A DNA stretch of 61,322 bases, the filler included, from Basidiobolus ranarum (Eukaryota): NCBI GenBank assembly GCA_040143965.1. It is 15 parts of 15 records of this genome, joined end to end, with 100 filler letters (N's around TTAATTAATTAA, not from the genome) between each part and the next. Parts side by side here need not be neighbours in the genome. Positions count along the whole stretch, not along the records: positions 45,077 to 49,065 come from JASJQH010002176.1; positions 49,166 to 53,152 come from JASJQH010002177.1; positions 53,253 to 57,238 come from JASJQH010002178.1; positions 57,339 to 61,322 come from JASJQH010002179.1; 11 more parts are not named here. The stretch is one strand, 5' to 3'. The translations under genes and the position numbers were made by a program. The notes below the pieces were generated by a model. That model saw nothing but the letters and a program-made list of their open reading frames with translations, made no database searches and was not told the DNA's origin. Shown here piece after piece: positions 48,202 to 61,322 of this stretch (the first letter of the stretch is position 1; every line of letters starts with the position of its first letter).

Positions 48202-49165
48202 GTTATAACTGAAGATCAGTTACTTGTTACTGCTCTATCAATGACTGCTCACAAGGATTCTCAAATGTGGTATAATCATTCTGCAGCTTCCCAACAATAC
48301 ACAAATGAAAACATTGGTTAATGAATTATGAAGAAATCCCAATTTGAAAGGATTTCATGGGAGATGACTATACATTAGATGTCATTGGAATGGGAACAAT
48401 TTAAGTCAATTCAACTGGTTCTTCTGAAGAGAAAAAGTATACTTTTAGGGATGTACTACATGTTTCAGATATTGCCACAAATCCAATACCTGTATGCAAG
48501 ACCACTTAAACTCTAATAGCAATTTGAGGATGGTTATCATAAGATAACCATCACAATTTTAATCCATTTTTGGTTACCCATTAGCTTACTGGCATAAAAT
48601 TCTAAGGTTAGATTTGATTTTAATCAATTTTTTCAATTTCATGAGTGAAATTTCAAGATCTTACAAAGTAGTTGCATATGATTGGCTACACTATCAGAAA
48701 ACCATGGATCAACACATGTGTGAAAAACATAACCCAAATTTTATATATTTACCATTTGAATGCTATTCTGTCACCTTTGAAATCCCTGGTTTCTTTGATA
48801 TATTCTGCTGAATATTGTTATAAAGTACTTCATACCCAAGGTTTAGCTTATATCCAATACGAATTTATATTGGTATTTTCATAAAAGCCCACCATTGTAT
48901 TAATGTTATTGAATTATTATTCTTTGAGCTATCTGGTGAAAACCCCACAACATTGTGATACTCTGTATTAAGTTCTTCCCAGACATCTGCATGATCAACA
49001 CCAGACTTAATATTTGTTAAAGTATTTAGGAATCTGTTGGTAGTGGTTTGGAGAATTAGAGAAATNNNNNNNNNNNNNNNNNNNNNNNNNNNNNNNNNNN
49101 NNNNNNNNNTTAATTAATTAANNNNNNNNNNNNNNNNNNNNNNNNNNNNNNNNNNNNNNNNNNNN

Positions 49166-49958
49166 ATTTCATCCACCAAAATAGTGATTCTATTAATTAG
49201 TGATTTATTGTCTTCTCCTGGCTTCATCTTTAAGTTAAAGAATTGTCTTTTTTGTGACATTTTTTTGGTAGCAGAACTTGTTTGGTAGCTGTCTTCCAAG
49301 GCTTTCTATACCTTTTTGGCAATTTTAGCCGTTGAATATTTAGTTAGCAATTTGTCTTTAACATCAAGACAAATTGTGATAAAGGGACTTTGTTCTTTTT
49401 TCACTAGGAGTAATACTTTAGTTCCAGACAGTTTTGCCCTGTTTTCTTCCCCTACAACAGTATCCCAAATTACTTTTTCATGCAGTGGCTTTTTCATTTT
49501 AATTTCTGAAACTTGATAACTGGTTCAATCCAATTTCTCAGAAGAGGGAAAAGTGCCACAAATTTGAGAAGTAGACATGACAGACAGTGCTAGCTCAAGG
49601 CTCATAACCTGTCAAAGTATTTAGGAGCCTGTTGGAAGTGGTTTGGGGAATTGGGGAAAATGGTGGTTTTCATCTCTTGATTTATTGAGTAGTAAGTTGA
49701 CATTTATAGTTCTGGCAAGATGTAAATAAACTAGCATAGAGAATGTGTTAAGCAAGGTCCCAGGAACATGTATGCAAAGTTTGGATCTTCTAGCACAAGT
49801 TTGAAAAAATCTATATATCTGAGAACTTCTGACTTGGTAAAAATTTTCTTAGTGAATTCTGATTGAGAATAATGGATAATATCTGGGTGAATTGTAAGAT
49901 AACTAATTACTAAGCTATATATGACTCTATGTGTGCTTAGGCAATGCTAATTTCAACA
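49166..49958 (-). mobile_element. Ty1/Copia family 2, 5' part: LTR-C (49610-49958), PBS (49598-49609), decayed gag
   Basis: Minus strand ...TACTTTGACA|GGTTATGAGCC. The gag is colinear with 44133-44545. Confidence 0.88.
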
Positions 49959-50329
49959 GTATCCACTATGAACTCTTGCTTGGTTATATGGGAGTTAAAG
50001 ATAAACCTGACAGAAGGTGGGGAAGGGGACATCAGTCAAAAGTAGAAGCAACTTTTGACTCTGCTTTGGGGGAATACTTTGACTTCAGACCTTCAGAAGT
50101 CTGCAAAAAAATAGCAAATATAACTAATGAGGATAGAAAGTTCAAATTGAGAAGTAGGAATTTTGATTTTGAATCCACAAAGTCACTGTTCCAATGGCAT
50201 TTTTGCCTGCATGGATTAGAAGCAATCATGGCAGCATTGTGTTCAGAGACAAAAGATATCCTAAATAGATATCTACCACCACTCAATGAGTCTTCGCAGC
50301 AACTGTTTAAGGAGGTTGTATAGCAAGGG

Positions 50330-52293
50330 CCTACAATCTTTAAGCATTGAGAAAGATGCAGCAGGGAATGTATTGAATACTGGCATAGATTAGTCTATTT
50401 TCCTTAAGCCTGTAACAAAGTTTTTTATATCCAATTACAAAACCTTTGTGCAGTTGCTGTATCTGTCTGAGATTTGCCCATGTGAGTTGATGCTGTAAGA
50501 ATATATTAACAGTATTGACAAATAGTTCCCAATGTTGCCAATACTTATCAGTCAGAAATCTTTTCAGGATTCCACTTGAATACATACAATTCCAATACTT
50601 CCAGTCTTTGCATTTGTGAAAGTGCCTAGATGAGTGGATATTGATGGAGTCCTAGTAAAATATGATAGTATCATGACATTTTCAAGCATTTTCCCAATTG
50701 ATTAAAACTTTATTTCTATCTTGAATGGCTCATTCAAATTGCACTTTCCATGATATAGCTGAGTAAGTAGTATTGGAATGTGGTTGAATAGTTAGTGCAT
50801 GGTGCCTATTGAGAAGCTCTTGCTCCAGCTGATCCCCTTTAGCAATATAATCTTGGGCTTACAGATAATTCTAAGTTTGATGTTAGACTGACTATTTGGT
50901 GAATTAATAGCAGTGATCATTTTGAAATCTGACTAGGCTCTTAATGGTAAAAGCATGGAGTTTAGTTTTGTATTTGGATAGTAGTAATGCACATACCATA
51001 TAGAGTAAACTCAATTGATTTGATGAAATCAACAGCAAGATATTGCATAATGTCTGCAAAAACCTCAAAGTTTACCAATGGCAGGAGTGTCACCAATACA
51101 TACAATGATATTAGCTTTAGTAAGATATTCACCCATCTGAACCCCATTAGATAACCATTCAAATTCCACCATCAAAGGCTCCAAGGAGCTATCTATAAGA
51201 ACTGGTGATATAGGTCCAGATATGATAGATTGTATTAAAAATTTATGACTCTGTTACAATTCAGAAGGTGGAAGATTTAAGTTAATTAAAACTATTGGCC
51301 AGCAAGTCTTTCCAACAGTATATTTGTTTAGTGAGAAACCATCTAGAGCCAATTCAAATGCATGATCATATGTGTTCTCAAAGAAACCTTGACTTTTCAG
51401 ATTCTGGTAGTGACATCCATCAAGTATATTGGTAATACCATCAGCCTTATGGTGACTACTTTGGTATTGGATCAATGATCTATATTTGGGTGATTTCATC
51501 AAAACTTTACAATGGGGAATCAATGGTATGTAAGCCAAATAAGAATGATATTTACCTGAATCAGTGATTGCCAATTGTGTGCAAACAGTAGATGACTTCA
51601 GGTTTTTCAGATCACCAGTGAAAGTCAAACATCCATTAGGACATGAAGGTAGTTTAATTACTGAAGGATTATATGTCAGACAATTGACAAGTATTTTCCA
51701 CTTGTACCAGGTCTGTGGCAAGCATCAGTTGCCAATCAAATGTGGTAAAAGTGTAAGAAAACCAATAAACACCTAGTGGCTAAGATTGGATTGAACTCTC
51801 CACTCCTCAGTAATCAAAGCTGTTTCCTTTACTGTAAGTTTTATGAGTGGACTAAAGCTTGCCAAGAACAAAGAGTCTACAACAAAATCATTGTCTTCTT
51901 CTTCAACTTCTGATATACTACCATCAGTACTGGAATAACCAAGGTCAACATCTAGCAGCACATCCTCAAGGTTGTCTGGACTTACTGGTTTGACCAAAGT
52001 TGCATTTGTATCTATGTCATTCTGGTCACATAACTGTGGTAACTTCATGGTATGTTTACTTTTGGTAGTGTTACCAAAACTTTGAGGCATAGTAGAGTCA
52101 GTGGACTCAGTGGGCAAAACTAAAGTAGATTTTGTGCACTTATCACTGTTGATATTAACCAAGCTTTGTGCAGCTGGTGGCTTTGTACAGTGACATGCTT
52201 GTGATTATTCTTTCTATGAAGCCTCTGGCTTCCATAGCACAACAATTTGTGACAATAATAGCAGGGCTTCTTTAAACATTTGTGATGTGGCAT
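50330..52293 (-). pseudogene. CMC/CACTA (EnSpm, Transposase_21-like) transposase, decayed
   Basis: N-terminal CxxC..H motif, CPNGC, ALDGFS..CWPIVLINLNLPPSE, GDTPA, YWQHWELFV and HSLLHL..GP motifs in order. Confidence 0.85.
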
Positions 52294-52506
52294 GAGAAAG
52301 ATATTGTGGAAAAAAGAACAACTTATATATAAGGGTGGCATTTTAGGTAGAGCATATTAATATCAGCAGCTGATTCTAAAACTGTGTCATAGATGAGGCA
52401 TCAGGGGATTTACAAAACTATTTCTGGTAAAGGATGGCAATTTTGGTTCATTACAAGCTGTTTCTAAGCAGTTCCATTACACCAAGCTTACCATCTGAAA
52501 ATTTCA

Positions 52507-52780
52507 ATGCTATTCAAAAAGAATCCAAAATCTAAATCAAAATTGGCTTCCAAGCCAAAGCCTGCTGGCACAAAAGGAAAAAAACCTGCAAGAACAGAGG
52601 ACTTGAATGATGAGCAGTCTAGTGATCCACTGTCCGCTTTGGAAGGCATTAACATGCCAGAAACTAACTCATGTAATGATGAAGCCTTAATCAATTTACC
52701 AGATATGTTCCATTCCAGCAATAGTGCAAATGAAGAGATTGTAATCCCCCAATTACATAGTAACTCAATAGTTGAGCAAA
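52507..52780 (+). pseudogene. CACTA ORF2 5' end, divergent from the transposase
   Basis: MLFKKNPKSKSKLASKPKPAGTKGKKPARTEDL... The same arrangement occurs at 33243 and 57473. Confidence 0.75.
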
Positions 52781-53152
52781 GGGAGGCCATAGGGCTGATG
52801 TCTTGGAGTCTTCACTTGAGTACAAGTATCACAGGTCAAAACATAAGTCTTGACAAATGCAAACATTTTGGGCCACCAATAATCCCTAGATACCAACATA
52901 TATGATTTGGCAACACCGAAGTGTCCTGCTAGTGGTGAGTCATGTCTTTCCTGCATGATTTTGAGTCTTGAAGTGGGGTCTGGAATGTAAAGTCGCTTCT
53001 TATAAAACAAGAGATCATTCATGATAGAGAAATGGCAGTATAGGTTCAAGCTTGAGAGGTCCTTGGGTGTTTCCTGGGCTTTCTTGATTGATTTTACCAA
53101 TGGGTCTTCAGATTGAAGTTTGCGGATGTTTTCATGGAATGTGCTTGAACTG
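52781..53152 (-). mobile_element. Ty3/Gypsy integrase N-terminal HHCC zinc-binding fragment
   Basis: LLFYKKRLYIPD..HDSPLAGHFG..K....SRDYWWPKM..V..YV.TCDTC...K..RH.PYG. Confidence 0.88.
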
Positions 53153-53360
53153 NNNNNNNNNNNNNNNNNNNNNNNNNNNNNNNNNNNNNNNNNNNNTTAA
53201 TTAATTAANNNNNNNNNNNNNNNNNNNNNNNNNNNNNNNNNNNNNNNNNNNNGTATCAATTTTTTTGCCTCACATTTCTGCTATTCCTAGATGACACAAA
53301 TTTGCTGATTTTCGAATTGTTATTGCGCAGTTAGCTCCATGGACTATGCATAAATTTTAC

Positions 53361-54152
53361 CACAAAGTAACATCAGGAGCAACGCCTACAAAGTTGCTGT
53401 CATGGGCACCAATGATACCGGCAACATGAGTTCCGTGGCCTTGACAATCCTTTGGATCACTATCTCCTTTAATTGATCCCACTTTACCATTGTAAGCATC
53501 ACCAACAAAGTCGTATCCATATTGGACTCTGCAATTCTTGCCGAAACAACCACCAAGTGCGGGATGGGTATAATCGATACCAGTATCGATAACACCAACC
53601 TTAATACCAGAACCAGTGTTCTTGAGAGTCTCATGAACTTTATCGACACCAGTCATAACATGTGGAGAAGAGATAAGATTGGCAGGTAGGCTTCCTGAGC
53701 CGAGAATTTTACTCTGATCAATAGCGGCGTTTCTCTTGTGTTGAGTCTAAAAAGATAAGCGCAAGTTAGCTAAGAAAAACTATGCATCTATAGATTGTAC
53801 CTAGAAAACCTACAATTGGCCAGACGGCTTTAACACCCTGAACAGAGGCCAATAAATCAGCATGTTTGGAGTCAACATTCAAGGAAATACCGCTGAAAGT
53901 ATCCGAGAAAGTAGTACGTTCTTGAAACACAATTCCTTGTTGCTTAAGATTAGCTAAAAGGTGTTCGCGGGCAGAGGACTTCAAATCCTTGCCATCTTCA
54001 TGGAATTCTACGATATAAGCATGAGGAACAACAGAGATAGTGTTATCACCGAAGCCAGCAGGAACACTTTTGAGGACCCCGATAGGTCTACTACCAAGTG
54101 CATATTCGGCCATTAAGACGGCGGACAAAAGGAAGAGTTGCTGTAATCTCAT
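53361..54152 (-). CDS. Secreted subtilisin-like S8 serine protease with I9 prodomain, 5' part (exon 1 53814-54152, intron 53747-53813, exon 2 from 53746)
   Basis: Signal peptide, YIVEF...VKAVWP prodomain, catalytic Asp ([15 protein letters not shown]) and His ([10 protein letters not shown]). The Ser motif is not on this contig. The 67-bp GTAGGT..GCTAAC..TAG intron restores the frame. Confidence 0.88.
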
Positions 54153-56434
54153 TTTCAAAATAAGATTTGTACGAAAGAATGCAAAAAGAGACGATAGTGA
54201 GAAGCTTGAGTTTAGAACTGAAACTCGGGTACATATTTATAGTCATAAAAGAATCAACTTCTGATGGTTACCTAAGGAATCAGAAGACCTCACTCCCTGT
54301 ACTAATAATCTGGTGTAGTATCTATGCAAAGTGAGTAGTACTACGAGCGATATTCTCACATCTTGCGGTTTTCATGAGCACGAGTTACTACATAACAGTT
54401 GCTGTAGCTACTATGAGTCACCCAGTTGATACCAGGTTTCCCTTATACAAAGACCGACTTTCTTATTGCTATCTACAGCATGCCATTCAAAACCATTTTT
54501 GTCCGGGTTTATCTCCACTCAACTTTATTTGGATATTTTTATGATTATACTCCTTGTATTTCTGGCTAATTTTGAAACTATTAACGTCGATCACTACATT
54601 TGGTAACTAGCTGTTCAGAATGCCATATGGGAATATTCCAACAGTATGGTATAAATTTAGTTGGTGAAACATTGATATTGAGTCATGAATTTCGCTGCTT
54701 TGCTCTCTGCAGATACTTTATTCTATATTGACATAACCGTAATGGAATTCAACTCATCTGATGGCCAAATGCTAGTTCACCTCAATAAGTGTGGTCTGTC
54801 TCTTCAATAAAAACGGAGTGAAAATTTGAACAATATTTGCTAGTGATATATAAAATCAATCTAGATAGAATATTGATTTTTCTGAAACAACCAACGAAAT
54901 CCTGAATCACGCCATTCGCCATTCATCATACCAAATCCTACTAATCGGATGAAAGTAGGAATTCAGGGTAGCATACCGTAGCTTTATTCCCAAGCATTGC
55001 AATCCATTCATTACAGCCCTACTATGCTGTGCAACTTCTCATTAAACATATCCGGACCTTTGGTGAAAATTCGCAATATGGTCACTTGCGTCATATATTT
55101 ACCAGATCGCTCATTTTCACACGAATATCAACTGAGTTTTTTTTTCGTAAGTGGATTTGCTTTACACCCTCACCAATTTGGATTTGCTTTGATTTGTTAA
55201 ATGGCTTACCCAGTCTCTATTGATAGTATCCATTGATGCTACCTAACCCGTAAGTTCCATATTACTACATGACATGAGAATGTAGTAACTTGTTATTTCT
55301 TCAAATACTAAAATTCCGAATGTTTGGTAATATAATGAATACTACTACAATAGGGGAAATGAGGAACCAGTTAGATAACTTTCCATTGAGGTATTCCCGT
55401 GGGATGGTTGGACAGATCAGCAGATCCTTTGTAGTAGCAATTGGTAGAGTAAGATTGAGAACAGAATGCGTTCAGAATATCTCCTCAATTCTATTGTCGT
55501 TAGCATGTGATCTTTTATAAATCGACGGTATTACTGGATGATTTCTTCACACTCCGATAATGGTGTAACCAGGAATATTGTGGATTTTGTAAGCAAGTGG
55601 TTAAGGAATGGGTACTGGACAATGTTATGGAATGTAGTGTACTAACTGATAACTTACGACCTCGATTTGGTAAAAAACGTAAAAATTCGCTGATTTAGAG
55701 ACTTCGTCTAAGTGATTATTGGTTCTATCAGGCTAGGAAGTGACAAAGGTACCAGGACTAAGTCGATTGAAATTGATCATAACTGAAAGTGCCGAATAGT
55801 GCCAGACTGAACCACATAATTTGCCTTACTAAATATTGCGTTTCTGTTATAATAAATGGGAGTAACTTCATTGGATATGTTATATTTTTTCTTTAAACCA
55901 TTGTTGCTAGAGTTTCTCTTAAAAGGTATAAATTTCGAAATTTATTCCCGCTAACGAATTTCTCTATCTCTTTTGAATATATTGTATGTACTACATTAAC
56001 AACTAAACTTAGCATTGCTACTTTGATACGAAGAATGTAATGAAAGCAAAATTTGTACTTTGACAGGCCTAAATCAGCACATTAAACTATAACCATCTTT
56101 CATTTAAATACCCCCTCTTCTTATATATAAGGAATGAAAATTATCATACTGGAGACATATACTTTTATGGCATGAATTAGCCGTGTGGTTTCAATGCAGA
56201 GATATATAGTCACTATTGTAGCTCATATAGGGAACAACAACTTTTTTTTTGAATACAAATGAACAAATTCAAATTGTTATTTGTAATCTTCTACATATTT
56301 AGCCAAGGCTATTTCTGAAAATACTACAAGTTCCTACTGAGATATATATACATATATATGATCAGAGAAATTGCAGATTGGATTAGCATTAAGGCAAAGC
56401 ATCAACTTTTAAAATGCCTATAAATAGACAACGT

Positions 56435-56763
56435 TGTTGAAGTTAACATTGCCTAAACACCTATTTAGTCATATATGGCTTAGTACTTAGTTATCTTATA
56501 ATGAACTAAGATATTATCCATTATTCTCATAAGGAATCTACTTAAAAGTTCTCAGATATACAGATTTTTCAAGCTTGTGCTAGAAGCCCCAAACTTTGCA
56601 CACATATTCCTGAGACCTTCCTTTACACATTCTACACATTAGATTGCTTACATCTTGACAAAACTATTAATGTCAACTTTCAACTCAATAAATCAATAAA
56701 TGAAAACCACCAATTTCTCTAATTCTCCAAACCACTTCCAAGAGGCTCCCAAATACTTTAACA
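56435..56763 (+). repeat. Solo LTR-C with imperfect 5-bp target-site duplication
   Basis: TGTTGAAG...ACTTTAACA flanked by AACGT and AACCT, with no PBS or PPT. Confidence 0.85.
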
Positions 56764-57338
56764 AACCTCAATATCTTCCTATGCTAAGCACTTTTTTCAA
56801 CACTCTGCACTGTTGATGTAACTGCATTAATATTATTAAGATGGTAAAGTATATTAGTACATATCATTTGATTGAAAATGTAGTGCTGGGTTTCAGCACA
56901 ACAGCTAAAAATACACAAGAATAAATACAACAACATCAGTAATGTATTAGAAGAAGTTTAATTTTATGCCAATGTAATAGCACCAGCAAAGACTCTGTAT
57001 TAAAAAACTATATCCACAAGGAATAGCTCTGAAAATTAGTTATCACCAAGAAACCATGAAAATTAAGCAGTATATAGAGTTACAAGAGCGTATGCCATAT
57101 AGGAATTTCTCTTATTTCAGTTTTTAATGTGCATGCTACGAGGTAGATTTATTATGCGTAGCTATGTAATAAGCAACATTTATTTGAATGACTCCAAATG
57201 CTTCCTATTCACTGCCTATATATATTCTTTTATATATTNNNNNNNNNNNNNNNNNNNNNNNNNNNNNNNNNNNNNNNNNNNNTTAATTAATTAANNNNNN
57301 NNNNNNNNNNNNNNNNNNNNNNNNNNNNNNNNNNNNNN

Positions 57339-59340
57339 CAAAGTGGATAGTGGATCACTAGACTGCTCATCAATTAAGTCCTCTGTTCTGGCTGGTTTTT
57401 TTCCTTTTGTGCCAGCAGGCTTTGGCTTGGAAGCCAATTTTGACTTAGATTTTGAATGCTTTTTGAATGGCATTGAAATTTTCAGATGGTAAACTTGGTG
57501 TAATGAAATTGCTTAAAACAGCTTAAAATAAACCAAAATTACCATCCATTACCAGAAATAAGTTTTAAATCCCCTGATGACCCATCTGTGACACAATTTC
57601 AGAATCAGCTGATGATATTGATGGGATATACCTGAGATACCACCCTTTTATAATTGGTATTCTTTTTCCACAATATCCTACTCTTGCTATAGCACAAGCA
57701 TTTAAAGAATACATGCTATGAATGTCTCTTATACTTGTGCTATAAAAGCCAGAGGCTTCATAGAAATAGTAATCACAAGCACAGTTGTTGTACATAGCCA
57801 CCCGCTGTGCAAAGCCTAGTGAGTATAAATAGTAATAAGTGCACAAAATCAACTTAAGTTTTGCCCACTGAGTTCACTGGCTGTGCTTTATCTCCAAGTT
57901 TTGGTAACACTGCTGAAAGTCAAGAAACTGTGCAGTTACCACAGTCATATGACCAGAATGATGCAGGTAGAAATTCAACTTAAGTCAGACCAGTAAGTTC
58001 AGACAACTTTGAGGACATGCTGCTAGATGTTAACCTTGGTTATTCCAGTACTGATGGTAATGTTTAAGAAGATGAAGAAGATGACAACACTTTTGCTATG
58101 GACTCTTAGTTATTGGCAAGCATAAGTCCACTCATAGCACTTATAGTAAAGGAAGCAGCCTTGAAGATTGAGGAGTGGAGAGTTCAATTCAATCCTAGCA
58201 AACAGGTGTTTATTGGTTTTCTTATGCTTTTACCACAGTTGGTGGGCAATCATTGCTTGCCACAGACCTGGTACAAGTGATAACACTTGTCAAGTGTATG
58301 ACTTATAATCCTTCAGTAATTAAACTGCCTTTGTGTCCAAATGGTTGTTCGGCTTTTACCTGTTATCTGAAAAACCTGAAGTCCTGTACTAATTGCACAC
58401 AATTGGCAATCACTGAATTGGGTATATATCATTCATAGTTGGCATACATACTGTTAATTCCCTGTCTTAAAGTTTTGATGAAATCACCCAAATATAGATT
58501 TTTGATCCAATACCAAATTACTCAACATAAAGCCAATGGTATTACCAATATACTTGATGGATATCATGCCCAGAATCTGCAATGACAAGGTTACTTTGAG
58601 AACATGTATAAGCATGCATTTTCATTGGCTCTGGCTGGTTTCTCATTAAGCAAATATACCATTGGAAAGGCTTGCTGTGCAATATTTTAAATAACATAAA
58701 TCTTCATCTTTCCAAACAGTGTAAGAGTCATAATATTTTGCTACTATCCATTACATTTGGTCCTAAATCCCCAGTGCTTATAAATAGCTTCTTGGAGCTT
58801 TTGATTGTGGAACTTGAATACTTATCTGATGGGGTTCAGATGGGTGAAAAACTTTTAAGTGCTAGTGACACTCCTGCCAATTTGAATGGTTATCTAATGT
58901 GGTCAGATGGGTGAATATTCTTTTAAAGCTAATATCATTGTGTGTATTGGTGATATGTATGCCATCAGTAAACATGGAGGTTTTTGTTGGCACAATGCAC
59001 TATCCAGCTGTGGATTTTGTCAAATCAGTGAAGTTTACTCCACCAGGCAAATGTGTTACTATTGTCCAAATACAGCACCAAGCCTGATGATTTTACCATC
59101 AAGAGCCAAGTCAGATTTCAACATGCCTACCAATATCAATTCACCAGATATTCAGTCCAACATAAAACATAGGATTAGCCATAGGCCTCAGAGTTTATTG
59201 CTAAAGGGGATCAGTTAGAGCCAGAGCTTCAGCTGTAGAGTGGAAAATTCAATCTGAATGAGCCATTTGAGATAGATTCAAAGTTTGAATTGATTAGGAA
59301 AATGCTTCAAAACATCAAGAGACCAGCATATTCCACCAGG
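57339..59340. mobile_element. CMC/CACTA central region: ORF2 5' end (minus, ATG 57473) head-to-head with decayed transposase (plus)
   Basis: Reverse-complement colinear with about 50650-52640. CPNGC, GPKSP and CGFC motifs. Confidence 0.82.
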
Positions 59341-60733
59341 CCTGGTTTGATAATCTGCTTTTTGCCTGATTTTATTGATTCCAGATTGCTCGTGGCTATG
59401 ATCAAGTCATCCACATATTGTGCTACAATATGGATCCTTTTCAGGTTGTTTTTATGTACATATGGTGATCTGCTGCAAACTTTTGGTATTACAGTGATTA
59501 CAAATTGGTATCTATCTTTTTGCATCATATCCATGGTGCTTGCTTGAGTACAACATATTGCAATTCTTGCAGTTTGCAGATCATATCAGGGTGTTTTGCA
59601 TCTACAAATCCATCTGGTTGCTCCATTTAAATCTCTTTCTCTGTACTACCATTCACAAAGGCTGGTTTTACATCCAATTGATGTAAATCAAGGTTATTGG
59701 TGACTCAGAATGCCAGGATTAATCTAATGGAGCCGAACTTAGCTACTAGAGCAAAACCTCCATTGAAATCAACTTCTTGATTCTGGAAAAACCTTTTGCA
59801 ACTAATCTTACTATGTACCTTTTGATGGTTCCATCATCTTGGTTTTGACTTTGTAGATGCATTTGCAACCAATTGGCCTTCTTTCTGATGGTAGAGACAT
59901 TTAAACCCACATTTTGTTGTCCTGAAGTCAAGAAAAACCATCAGACAATGCCCTTTCCCATATATTTGATTCTGGACACTCCAGATCTTGATCTAGAGTC
60001 TGTGGCCTATCACAGATTGCTGCACAAGCATAGACATCACCATCGGAATTGTTTTACCAGTTTCCTAGCTTGTTACTCATTCAAGATGACCTTTTAAGTC
60101 CTTAATCATCCTCTGATGTAATTAGGGATGGAATTTTTGTTGATTTAGGCACAGTTACAGCTGAAATTTTGCCAGACACATCCTGAATAATGCTAATGGT
60201 TATTTCAGAATCAGGAGCTATGATTTGAGTTGAAACATTTGCTTTTTGGTCAAAAATCACATCTCTGCAGTTAGTTAACTTCTAATTTTTGATATCAAAA
60301 GTCAGTAGACCTTAGATCCATTACAGTAACCTACAAAATATGCATTTTCTGCTTTTGGGTTCCAATTTAGAGCCTTTTGAGCTGGAATTAGGAAATATGC
60401 TGGGCAACCAAAGATCCTGAGATGACCTGCACTTGGTCTTGATCAATATAGGGCTTTGAATGGAGTAGAATTTTTTAGCATCTTGTGGGGCATTTGTTTA
60501 TGATATAAACTGCAGTAGAGACAGATTCTACCCAATATTGGTAATCTAACTTTTGATCATGTATCATTGAACTTGCCATCTCCACTATGGTCCTATTACA
60601 CATGCTGCAACTCCATTGTGCTGGGGAGTATGATGTACAATACCGCTGAAACAAACTGATTTTGATTGACTTGGGTCAGTTTTTGTTCCCCAGTGTGGCC
60701 TAACTTCTTATGCCAGGTTTGACAAATTACTTC
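59341..60733 (-). mobile_element. Decayed Copia family 1 integrase/RT
   Basis: YVDDLIIA and RYIVRLVAKGFS motifs. Reverse-colinear with about 25330-27070, with deletions. Confidence 0.85.
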
Positions 60734-61322
60734 TGTTGAAATTAGGCAAATAGCAACTCATAATTTAATAGTAAGCTTATTCATATTCTGATTACTTAGT
60801 AACCAACTGTGCCATTCAAAAACATGTGAGTATTGCTTTAATTGATAGAAATATCAATTAGGTCACTTTTACCAATTTGCACTATTTTCTGAAAACCTCT
60901 CCATATCACCTCAATTTTTCACCCATGCTTAACATGCATGTTTGTTATGATCTAAGCATGTCTCATAGTGCTACTTCATAGTAAACTATAAATAGAAAGT
61001 TTTCAATTCAATCAAACTCAATTGTTTAATTCATAAATCCAAATCTTGTCTAAAACACTTCCAAATCCCCTCAACACTTTCATCAAGTTATGAGCCCCAA
61101 GCTAGCTGTTAAAGTCATGTCTACCAGTACTATTACCAACATTTTTGCATCCACAGAGAAGTTTGATGATGAGAACTTTCACCTTTGGAAGTTCAACATG
61201 CAAATGGTGCTGGAATATGAAGACCTTTGGGGATTTGTTACAGGAGAAGAAACAAAGCCAAAGGGACCACCAGAAGCTATCCTTGCCTTTAACAAGAAGG
61301 GGAGGAAGGCACTCTACACTTT
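60734..61322 (+). mobile_element. Copia family 1, 5' end: LTR-A (60734-61085), PBS (61086-61098), gag from ATG 61117 (open to window end)
   Basis: 352-bp LTR followed by AGTTATGAGCCCC. MSTSTITNIFASTEKFDDENFHLWKFNMQMVLEYEDLWGFVTG is a Copia gag N-terminus. Confidence 0.92.

Noticed and set aside
49959-50329. 130-aa ORF 49931-50323 as a host gene
   Set aside because: It starts inside LTR-C, is CpG-poor, lies between two transposons and has no recognisable motif. It is probably another repeat fragment.
10423-54152. LPMO, adhesive-like protein and subtilisin as a cuticle-attack gene cluster
   Set aside because: They lie on different, artificially joined contigs.

Overview
This is eukaryotic, AT-rich DNA, most likely from an early-diverging fungus (inference from short GT-AG introns, an AA11 LPMO, an I9+S8 protease and Ty5-type primer-binding sites). 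It is not one locus. It is 15 unplaced contigs of about 4 kb, ordered by decreasing length (4005 down to 3984 bp) and joined by 14 artificial 100-bp N44-TTAATTAATTAA-N44 spacers, so adjacency across spacers has no biological meaning. Most of the sequence is decayed, CpG-depleted, nested transposon DNA. There are two Ty1/Copia families (LTR-A, 352 bp; LTR-C, about 345-349 bp; half-tRNA-iMet PBS GGTTATGAGCCC), a CMC/CACTA-type DNA transposon with CCCTA termini that carries a head-to-head transposase and an unknown ~580-aa ORF2, and one Ty3/Gypsy integrase fragment. Host genes are an AA11 LPMO with a CBM5/12 module, a CCR4-like EEP nuclease, a tyrosine phosphatase, a partial subtilisin, a secreted PKPYVTK-repeat protein, a partial IQM-like domain, and a 7-exon gene with a cryptic C-terminal MADS-box-like domain. 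The most notable signal is a 372-bp LTR with a complete tRNA cloverleaf in its middle (two copies, one cut by a contig end). One copy sits beside a 51-bp internal domain made only of PBS and PPT, which makes it a tRNA-carrying TRIM, here fused to an LTR of a different Copia family.
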